This document shows positions 23,041 to 33,285 of a stretch of DNA of 33,285 nt, piece by piece. The notes beneath the pieces are model-generated. The model had not been told where the DNA came from. It was given only the letters and a program-made list of their open reading frames with translations, and ran no database searches. Within the stretch, counting starts at the first letter, position 1, and each line of letters begins with the position of its first letter. The DNA lies in assembly GCF_006345805.1 (NCBI RefSeq), contig NW_021832672.1:1-33285 (forward strand), read 5' to 3'. A program made the translations under genes and the position numbers. The stretch comes from Octopus sinensis (lineage: Eukaryota).

Positions 23041-23305
23041 GGTGGTGAAAATTACGAGAAGGTAGACGAGAAGAGAAGCAGAGGCAGGGTGTATGCATGT
23101 GCGGGGTGGGGGAGGTTGTTTTAAGCAAGAAATTCGAATGGTGTACTGAGAAACACGGGTGTGTGACCCCTACCCCGGGTGGAGGGACATCTGATACAAT
23201 GTCAAGACGTGTATGAGCCACAGTCAGGAGTAATTGCTAGCTCATTTATCTTGGGGCTAGTGACATTACTGTGTTGTTCCGCACTCACAAGCCCCCCCCC
23301 ATATG

Positions 23306-23351
<46 letters not shown>

Positions 23352-23733
23352 CGCGTGTGTGTATTTATGTACACACACACACACACATTCTCTCTCACAC
23401 ACTCTTGTAGAGAGTATGGGAATTGTAACAATACGTTGGTGTGCATACATGTTATCATATACCCCATAGGTGTAGAAATATCGCTTTCTATACACTCTTA
23501 TATACAGTTCTATATATGCACAGCTGTATATACTCACATGTATACATACGCTGCCGAACTGTTGACACGAACATGCGACCTCATGCTGTGCGACATATTG
23601 CTTCCAAAAGTAGTCAACACTCTCTCTACCACCACCGCCACCACCACCACCACCACCAATACCAACATCATCACGCAAACACAATTCTCATCTCCGCTGC
23701 TACCATTTATTTCGGTCTTTTGTGAACAAGATA

Positions 23734-24173
23734 CAGGGTGTTCAAAAATTCTCTCCGCAATAAGTATTTTGTTTTTCATTGCAAAATAAATATTGTGACG
23801 TATTTTTGCCATTTAAATATGGCTAACCCCTAAGGGTGGATGCTACTGTAGTTTGTAGCCCCAGGAGGACACCTCCTCCAGCTGGCTATAGACACACTTT
23901 CTGTGCCCTATCAATATTTGCAAAGGGAAGCCATCCTTCCCGTCTTGAACTTATGATACACACGGACTCGTGTTTCTGAGTATTGACCCGTCAAGATGGT
24001 ATAAGACTACGAAAGAATATATTAGACTTGACAAGACTTTAAAAAACTTCATAAGAAGTGTTGAAAGTGTTGGCCATTATTCTCAATACATATTCTTCAT
24101 TTTCTTCTTCACATGTTTTGAAATACATCACGGAGAAAAAAATTCACTGCGTAGAGACTTTTTAAACACCCTA
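23734..24173. mobile_element. Tc1/mariner-type MITE, probably with a nested insert
   Basis: 25-bp TIRs: cagggtgttcaaaaattctctccgc versus the reverse complement tagggtgtttaaaaagtctctacgc (21/25 identical); TA at 23732-23733 and 24174-24175. Confidence 0.8.
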
Positions 24174-24186
24174 TATTTAAGCTTAC

Positions 24187-24405
24187 AGAAATGTTAGCAC
24201 GCCAGGCGAAATGTGTAGCCGTATTTCGTCCGCCGTTAAGTGTTATGGGTTCCAATTCCGCCGAGGTCCACTTTGCCTTTCATCCTTTCGGAGTCGATAA
24301 ATTAAGTACCAGTTACGCACTGGGGTCGATATAATCGACTTAATACCTATGTCTCTCCTTGTTTGTCCCATCCATGTTTAGCCCCTTGTGGGTAGTAAAG
24401 AAATA
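24187..24405 (+). mobile_element. Meta-like SINE with Tx1-like tail
   Basis: cagaaatgttagcacgccaggcgaaatg..ccgccgaggtccactttgcctttcatcctttcggagtcgataaattaagtaccag..gccccttgtgggtagtaaagaaa. Confidence 0.9.
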
Positions 24406-24665
24406 TATATTTAAGCTTACACAGACAAAAACACAGATACAAGAAGGTGATACTGAAACGTTCCTGGCTTTAAGGGTGTTGCGCAAGGCCTGGTTGAGGC
24501 TACAGGGCTGAGAAAAACTGAAGGACTGCTGCAATGTGTTCGTGAATCTGTGAGGGGAATATATTGAACAAAAATCATAATTAACTGATCCTCCTGCATT
24601 TTCTTTTACCCAAAGCCAGGAAATTAGCACCCCTCATTTCTCTCTCTCTTTCTCTGTGTGTGTGT

Positions 24666-24827
24666 GTGGCTGTGTGGTAAGAAGCTTGCTAACCAACCAC
24701 ATGGTTCCGGGTTCAGTCCCACTGCGTGGCATCTTGGGCAAGTGTCTTCTGCTATAGCCTCGGGCCGACCAATGCCTTGTGAGTGGATTTGGTAGACGGA
24801 AACTGAAAGAAGCCTGTCGTATATATG

Positions 24828-24860
<33 letters not shown>

Positions 24861-25089
24861 ATATGTTTGCGTGTCTGTGTTTGTCTCCCTAGCATTGCTT
24901 GACAACCGATGCTGGTGTGTTTACGTCCCCGTCACTTAGCGGTTCGGCAAAAGAGACTGATAGAATAAGTACTGGGCTTACAAAGAATAAGTCCCGGGGT
25001 CGATTTGCTCGACTAAAGGCGGTGCTCCAGCATGGCCGCAGTCAAATGACTGAAACAAGTAAAATAGTAAAAAGGGAGTAAAGAGAGTA
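24666..25089 (+). mobile_element. Composite tRNA-derived SINE, second near-full copy
   Basis: Highly similar to 5643-6071, including the internal (TA)/(TG) tract and 3' tail. Confidence 0.92.
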
Positions 25090-25399
25090 CACACACACAA
25101 CACACACAATTCGGTGTGCGTTGTGTTCCATTACTGAATAATTGATTATTTCGCACTATTTATGGTCTGAAACTGAGTATCACCATTTTGGTTGATAACT
25201 GATGAGGAATTAGGGACCCTCTGTGTTTGTCTCCCTTTCTGGTTGTACACTCAGTATACGTTGTGTCGTTTGTGCCGCCGGGAACGCTACATCATTTGTG
25301 TGATAAACATATACAAACATTTCGCACTCACCCACACCCATACGGACACGAAAAGAGGGTCTCATCGACAGGGAAGCTTCCAATTTTATGCACTATCAC

Positions 25400-25456
25400 C
25401 GCCTCTACGACAACCACCACCACCACCACTACTACCGTCACTAAATCACCACCACC

Positions 25457-25515
<59 letters not shown>

Positions 25516-25830
25516 TACTACAACCACCACCACTACCGTCACCAAATCACCACTACTACTACTACCACCACCACCAGTGCCACTACAACCACCGCAACCA
25601 CAACCACCACATCTGCCCTGCTATCACATTTCACTGTCCCACTCTCACCTCACCAACATCCACCGGCACCGCTACCACAACCACCACCACCACCACCGTC
25701 TCACTACTACCATATCTCCTAGCCAACACACTAATACACCCCACGAACACCACCACCACATTACCCCCGCATCACTTTCCCCACCACCACTGCTACCAAC
25801 ACAATCACCTCCACAACATGTCCCCCACCT
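25400..25830. repeat. (CAC)n/(CTA)n low-complexity tract
   Basis: Direct reading. Confidence 0.9.
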
Positions 25831-26195
25831 CCTTTATTTGTTAGGTTTAAAGATTCAGGTTTATTTAACCGACTTTTCCAAAGTTATCGGTTCTTTTGAT
25901 CAACAGATAAACTCGCAAGATGCAGTAAGTAGATTGTTCGAGACACAGCCTTTACCAGGGCGGTTATGTGGGGTGGATTTTTTTTTCTTCGCCACCCGTT
26001 TATCAAATTTATATTGTACTATCTCTAGTGTGGCTACCAGAGAGCCAACCCGACAGGAAACATGTTGCTAACTATAATTTATCTCGCGCGAAATTCTAGA
26101 GATGTGTCTGAGATATTAGTGAACTTAATATAAGGGTGACTTATTGGGCAGATATAATAATCGGTGTTACTATACAATCCATGTTGATCTGTGTG

Positions 26196-26823
<628 letters not shown>

Positions 26824-27439
26824 ATATCTATCTATCTATCTATCTACATTCATACATATGTATAAATTCGGTTCTAATGAAGAGCGGAGAAAACTGAAGT
26901 TTTATGATACAAGTCGTCATGCGAGCGATGAGGGAGTAATGCGTATAAAGACAGAACAACAAACTCGCTTTTGATTTGCTACGGCAGAAATAATCTAAAA
27001 TTCCATTTCAAAAGTCTGCCAGATTCTTACTATATTTTTGGTTTTTAATTTCTATGAATGGAATTCTTTCAAGTTTAAAACAGCTGTATTGGAATAAAAC
27101 ATCTGTTTGTATCTCAGGCACACACGCTGTAGCGCGAACACAGATAAACAGACGTAAACACACGTACCTGCATAAATGAGTGTGCACGTATGTGTGTGTG
27201 TGTATGTGTGCGTGTGTGTGTGCGCGCACGCATTCCTACATGAATATATGTATGTGAATATATATATATATATGAACACACACACACACATACACACACA
27301 GACACACACACACATACACACACACAGACACACACACACACATACACACACACACAGAGGCGTGTGTGTGTGGGGATCAATTGATGTTAGTGAATTGTAG
27401 CCATCAGCTATTTTTCAGTTAGGATGTATCCATCAGCGT

Positions 27440-27494
27440 CACCATCACTACCATCATCATCATCATCATCATCACCATCATCATCATCATAATT

Positions 27495-27525
<31 letters not shown>

Positions 27526-27690
27526 CCATCATCATCATCATAATTATCATCATCATCATCACCATCATCATCATCATAATTATCATCATCATCATAATTA
27601 TCATCATCATCATTATCTTCATCATCATCATCATCATCATCATCGTCGTCGTCGTCGTCGTCGTCAACAACATCATAATTATCATCACAC
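27440..27690. repeat. (CAT)n/(CGT)n microsatellite with periodic AAT interruptions
   Basis: Direct reading. Confidence 0.95.
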
Positions 27691-27885
27691 GTTCGTTGAA
27701 AGGATGCGCCACCTACGCAAGAAGTGTCAAGATAAAAACGGCCTAGAAGTTGGCATTCTATCCTTGATGTGTGTGCGTGTATATGTATGTATACATATGT
27801 GTGTGTGTGTGTCTGTTTATGTGCGTATATATATATATATATATATATACATACACACATACACAGACACACATACACATATATG

Positions 27886-27920
<35 letters not shown>

Positions 27921-28082
27921 CATTGTATACATATAGACACATATGTATGTTTGTGTGTGTGTGTGTGTATTAACATCCATGCACATACCATCTAATGCCC
28001 CCTCCTTCAAATATCTTGAACTAAATCCACCCCAAAAATAATATAGATAAAAAAAGAAATACCCCAAATAGATTTCAATCAG

Positions 28083-28278
28083 TGGCAACGGTATTTAGAG
28101 CAGAAACATATAATATTGGATGTATTTGGTTGATCCCTACTGAGCCAGGTGCTGAGTTTGATTTTGGGGTAAAGGTAAAAGTGCTGAAGGCCTCGTGTTT
28201 AAACAAGGGTGACAAGTGCATCCTACATTTGTATTGCAAGGCATCGCAGGTCGGTGGTGAGTTATATAGAGATGACGG
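28083..28278 (+). CDS. Candidate 196-nt exon (phase 1 to 2), weakly CUB-domain-like: ATVFRAETYNIGCIWLIPTEPGAEFDFGVKVKVLKASCLNKGDKCILHLYCKASQVGGELYRDD
   Basis: gatttcaatcag acceptor, GG|gtaagc donor, 64 open codons. Y-N-x2-C-x-W-x-I-x3-P-G resembles the CUB N-terminal motif (visual impression only). Confidence 0.4.
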
Positions 28279-28550
28279 GTAAGCTTGGACCTCTGCAAAA
28301 GAAGCACCAGAAGAGAATTCCTGAGACTTTTATGTATGTATGTGTGTGCGTACGTGTAGACCACCAGGCAGAAGATAGACTGTTTTTACTTCAAATTTTT
28401 TAACTTTTTTTTTTATAAATTTCTACTTATATTTGATACGATGAAATACTTCGAACTGGTAATATTATATTTTTATTTATATAATCTTTATTAAATTCCG
28501 TCTTAAACTGAAATATTTAATTCTTTACTATTTTCACCATATATATATAA

Positions 28551-28627
<77 letters not shown>

Positions 28628-28751
28628 AAAAGTAAAAAATACAAACTGAGACAAGAACGTGAAAAATTTAGAAGACGACACAAAAAACACGGACGGGACA
28701 TTCGAAGCCTTCAATCTTCAGTCAAGAACCGGATCATCTTCGCAATTTCGG

Positions 28752-28796
<45 letters not shown>

Positions 28797-28798
<2 letters not shown>

Positions 28799-29108
28799 TA
28801 GAAAAAAGCACCTTTTATCAATTCAAAATAAACAATTAAATTACACCATCTAGAAAATTACATATATAATAGAAATATTAAAATTAAAATAACAATAATA
28901 TACCGATGATTAATTAAATTGCAAAATAATAATAAAAACGTATATAATAAAAACCAAATATATACGTTTTTATTATCATTTTGCAATTTACATAATCATC
29001 GGTATATTATTGTTATTTTAATATTAATATTTCTATTATATGTAATTTTCTAGATGGTGTAATTTAATTGTTAATTTTGAATTGATAAAAGGTGGGTTTT
29101 TTTCTAAT
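28797..29108. repeat. ~310-bp AT-rich near-perfect palindrome (foldback/MITE-like)
   Basis: Arms 28797-28946 and 28959-29108 are reverse complements with few mismatches; 12-nt loop ataaaaaccaaa; (TA)n on both sides. Confidence 0.92.
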
Positions 29109-29214
29109 TATATATATATATATAGTATATTTTGTGAAATTTGATTTAGTATTTCTAAATTGAATTTTTCCCTGTAAGTTAGGAATAATATTCCCTCAAA
29201 TAATAATTTACTGA

Positions 29215-29365
29215 AAACCACCCGCGTACTGATGCAGTTCTCTCTTCCCCCCAAATAGATTGAAGTAATGTGAAATAAAGTGTCTTGTCTAAGGATGCAA
29301 TACACGACCTGAAGCAGGAATTAAAACCACGATGTTCTGCCCGTAAGCCGAGCACCTTAAACACT
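29215..29365 (-). mobile_element. Degenerate tRNA-derived SINE
   Basis: On the minus strand: gccaagtgtttaaggtgctcggctt..gtggttttaattcctgc..tccttagacaagacactttatttcacatt; related to 19445-19660. Confidence 0.5.
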
Positions 29366-29916
29366 TGGCAACGCGCCTTTACAAAGAATGTTGACAGAAC
29401 CCATTATCAGAATCAAGCATTTTACCCCTCAATCAATCTTGTTAACGTATTTGATCTTTACGCAGACACGCTTTCACAGGAAACAAGTAAGGAATATGGC
29501 TTTGACGTTTGTGCTTCTCTAAAGAAAATAAATATGACATGGTTGTTATAAAGAATGGTCTGTATAGAGAAGGACAAACTTGGTCGTCGACTGGAAGAAT
29601 AAACCGATTTCAAACTTAGAAACTCAAGAGATTACCAGTTCCTTTTTTTTTATATATAAAAAATTTCCTCTCTTATTTTTGTAAATTTTTAAACTTTAGA
29701 TTTCAGTTCCAGTTATCAACACTCGGCCTTTCTTTCTTTCTTTCTTTCTTTCTTCTTTCTTTCTTTCTTTCTTTCTTTCTTCTTTCTGTCTGTCTGTCTG
29801 TCTGTCTGTCTTTCTTTCTTTCTTCTTTTCTTTCTTTCTGTCTTTCTTTATTCTCTGCCGTTTTTCATCTTCCTCGACTAAGCTCTCTCATATCCTTTCT
29901 CTCTCTCCACACACAA

Positions 29917-29992
<76 letters not shown>

Positions 29993-30117
29993 GTCCACCC
30001 ATACATATATCTGTGTATATTCAATCGTATATAATTTCACCTCTCTTTCTCTCGCTCTTTCCTTTAATGCTTGTATATGTGTGTGTGTGTGTCTATGTGT
30101 CTGTGTGTATATATATT

Positions 30118-30168
30118 CTTTTACTTGTTTCAGTTATTTGACTGCGGCCATACTGGAGCACCGCCTTA
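30118..30168 (-). mobile_element. 3' tail of the composite SINE or its partner LINE
   Basis: ttacttgtttcagttatttgactgcggccatactggagcaccgcctt is the reverse complement of ~6003-6050. Confidence 0.85.
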
Positions 30169-30277
30169 AACATATATATGTACTTATAAACATTCTTATA
30201 TATCCTTATATTTTCTCCTCCCCCCTCACTTTTTCTCCCTCCCCCCATCTACACAATATTTCTCTTTCACACAACAG

Positions 30278-30411
30278 TCTGCAGGTAAAAGCTCCAAGGA
30301 CCGAAACACAAATTGCTTCCATGAATGTAGACAAATGCCTCACGCCGTGTATACACACCCTCGGGGGACATGCAACAGACACAGAACCAGCGTACCGTGA
30401 TTGTTGCGAGG
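30278..30411 (+). CDS. Candidate 134-nt exon (phase 2 to 1), LQVKAPRTETQIASMNVDKCLTPCIHTLGGHATDTEPAYRDCCE
   Basis: Long pyrimidine tract plus caacag acceptor, moderate donor GAGG|gtatca; phase compatible with 28083-28278. Confidence 0.28.
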
Positions 30412-30929
30412 GTATCATATAACGAGTAGTAGTAGTAGTAGTAGTAGTAGTAGCAGTAGTAGTAGTAGTAGTAGTAGCAGTAGTAGTAGTACTTTTGCGC
30501 ACTCTCTCGTACACACGTACATGCAGGTTCGCAGTGTCAGAAAAGCGCGAGTATAGAGAAAGCCAAACATAAACACACATATATATGTATATGTGTGTGT
30601 GTATGTATGTGTGTATGTGTGTGTGTGTGTATGTATGTGTGTGTGTATGTATGTATGTGTGTGTGTGTGTATGTATGTGTGTGTGTGTGTGTGTATGTAT
30701 GTGTGTATGTATGTATGTATGTATGTATGTATGTATGCATGCATGTATGTATGTATGTATGTATGTATGTATGTATGTGTGTGTGTGTATGTATGTATGC
30801 ATGTACATGTGTACACACATACACATACACACATTGTATATAACGGAACAGTATATGCATCCCCCAAAAACATATATATATATACATGCAGAAAAATTCC
30901 ATAGTTATGTGTATATATATATATATATA

Positions 30930-30968
<39 letters not shown>

Positions 30969-31010
30969 TAGTATGAATGTATGTTTATCTTTCTATCTTT
31001 TTACTTTTTT

Positions 31011-31116
31011 AATATTTTCTGTGATACACGATCCCTTTTGATCATAATTCTATTTTTCTCCTTTTTTTTCTATTTTGTCCCCTCAATGTTCGGCCCTGTG
31101 TGGCTAATAAAGAAAC
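31011..31116 (+). mobile_element. Short diverged Tx1-like 3' end followed by (TATC)n
   Basis: tttctgtgata..cgatccctt.tgatca and ccctgtgtggctaataaagaaac match the Tx1 3' UTR; (TATC)n follows at 31119-31170. Confidence 0.75.
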
Positions 31117-31117
31117 T

Positions 31118-31171
<54 letters not shown>

Positions 31172-31754
31172 GTCCGTCTCTCCCCCCTCTTCTCTCTCTC
31201 CATGCTGTATACGCATAGACTAAAGTATTGTAAAACAACGAGAAAGTGTCTGTTTGCTCTGGCGAAAGGTGAGACATTACAAGGTTACCCCACCCAACCG
31301 CACCACCAAAACAGCAGTTTATCGTAATTGCAATATTTATCTCTACACCAACAGTTTTTTTTCTTTTCTTGTTTCCTTTTTCTTTTTCTTCTTTCTCTGA
31401 AGTAGAGAAATGTCGTGTAAACATTAACAAACCCATGTCTATTTCGTCGGCTGTTTTTGGCGCGTCTAGTTCCCTGTTTGTCAATTAATTCCCGCCGAAA
31501 CGCCACAGGGACGTGTGAAATACATTTCAATTAAATTAAGTTTGTTTTATGTAAACATATATAAACATGTGTAAATCGGGCCAAGATCGAATTTCCCTGT
31601 TGTGGCAAACCTCAGGCAATAATTTGGCGGAATCAGATATGTCAGGAAGGGCGAGGTTTCTCTTGGTTTACTACCACACGAAGTGTAACACTGGGGATAG
31701 AGGGGTGGGTGGCATTTATTTTATTTTTAATTAATTTTTTAATTACTTAATGAC

Positions 31755-32455
31755 TCCCTGGCAGAATCGTTAGCAGGCTGCACAAAATGCTTAGCATTTA
31801 AGTTCTTCTGAGTTCAAATTCCCCCGAGGTCGGCTTTGACTTTTATCCTTCCGGTGTAAATGAAATAAATACCAGTTAGGCACTGGGGTCGATTTAATTA
31901 GCTAATCCCCACATTAAGAAAAAAAAGACACAAAACAAAAGCAAAAGAAAAAAAATCAGGCCTTTATAAGTTCAAACCCCGCCGAGGTTTATGCTATTTA
32001 TTCTTCCGAGGTCGATAAAATTTAGTACCAGTCTTGTACTGGGGTCAGTGACATCGTCGAACCCTTTATCTTCAAAATCGCAGGGCTTTGCACCAAAAAC
32101 AGAAAGCATTGATGAATTTCCGAGCAGCGAGTTGGCAGAATCGGAAGAGTATCGGCAAAAATATTTTGCTGTCTCTATTCTATAATTTATGGGTTCAATT
32201 TCCGCCGAGGTCAACTTTGCCTTTTAACGTTCCGTGGGCGATAAAATAACGTACGGACCAAATGCTGGGGTCCATGGCACAGTCTAAGACCTCGTCCTAA
32301 AACTTACTGGCGTTGTGTTTAAATCAGAAATCTATTAATCGATTAATTACTGAGCAGCGAAACGGCAGGGTCGTTAGGAAGTTGGAAAATATGCATTGCG
32401 GTCAATTTACTGTGTGGGTTCACGTCACGCCGAGGCCAACTTTACCGAGATCGAT
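31755..32455 (+). mobile_element. Cluster of four degenerate, same-orientation Meta-like SINE copies
   Basis: Core or head matches at ~31760-31905, ~31965-32090, ~32120-32320 and ~32355-32455 (each with gccgagg or cccgagg). Confidence 0.75.
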
Positions 32456-32811
32456 GGTGTGTGTGTGTGGTGTGTGTGTGTGTGTGCGCAAAAACAAACA
32501 GTAAAAACAAACGGTGAGGGCTGTTAAGCCGTAACGAAGTGAATAATGAACGCTGGAGAAAGGAGCTGTGACAGGAGACAGAGAAAAGTAGGTCTTATCT
32601 CTTGTAAATCGAGAGGAAAAAAGAAGGATAGCCGCTGGTCACGTGTGAGCAACGAGAGAGTCAAGGACGAAGAGTGTGCCTGAGTGTATTTTGAATGCAT
32701 TTATATGCACATTTTAGATCATTGTGCAATAAATATAAACGAAATTCACCTCTCATTCTTTCTCTCTCTCTTTCTCTCACACACACATGTAAATGCACAC
32801 ACACACACACA

Positions 32812-32861
32812 CTAATAAGTAGATTTGCAAGTAGATTTGATAAATGAAGTCTGTATGGAAT

Positions 32862-32894
<33 letters not shown>

Positions 32895-32959
32895 ACACAC
32901 ACACACACTAATAAGTAGATTTGCAAGTAGATTTGATAAATGAAGTCTGTATGGAATCC

Positions 32960-32960
<1 letters not shown>
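32812..32960. repeat. Exact tandem duplication of a 53-bp unique core, period 96 bp
   Basis: ctaataagtagatttgcaagtagatttgataaatgaagtctgtatggaatcct at 32812-32864 and 32908-32960, separated by (TA)n(CA)n. Confidence 0.95.
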
Positions 32961-33003
<43 letters not shown>

Positions 33004-33285
33004 TACACTGTTGCACCATCGGAACAGGCATTATTTTCGTAGATTCTACATAAATACTTGGACGTCTTCAGTAAATATTTCTCTCCTTTTTCTCTTTCCC
33101 TCCTTCTCTGAATCTCTTTTCTTTCTACCTCGTTTTCTTTCTCTCCCTCTATGTCTAGCATTCCCTCCGCCTCACTTCCCCCAATCTTTTACACTGCACT
33201 CACCAACAAACGTCGATACTTCAAGCTGATAATTCTGTGATGTCGGGTCTAAAACATTCAAACACAATTCTGAAATTACCAGCTG

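Overview
AT-rich eukaryotic genomic DNA, saturated with microsatellites and dispersed repeats. The SINE families and microsatellite density point to a coleoid cephalopod, probably Octopus (inference from recalled repeat families, not a search). No intact, identifiable protein-coding gene is present, and most long ORFs in the track are translations of microsatellites. Well supported: (1) a 5'-truncated, frameshifted Tx1/L1-clade LINE (7368-10552) and two shorter related 3' copies (26296-26823, ~31011-31116), all followed by (TATC)n and the two longer ones also preceded by it, suggesting a GATA-microsatellite-targeting retrotransposon; (2) about 20 tRNA-derived SINE copies or fragments in several families, two of which share 3' tails with LINEs in this same window; (3) a CR1/L2-group LINE 3' fragment; (4) a non-autonomous Helitron, a hAT MITE, a Tc1/mariner MITE and a 310-bp AT-rich palindrome; (5) three to four minimal hammerhead-ribozyme-like motifs, one inside an element combining a tRNA-like Pol III head, a hammerhead and inverted ends. 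Several exon-like segments, mostly on the + strand, are plausible but cannot be assembled into a known protein from sequence alone.
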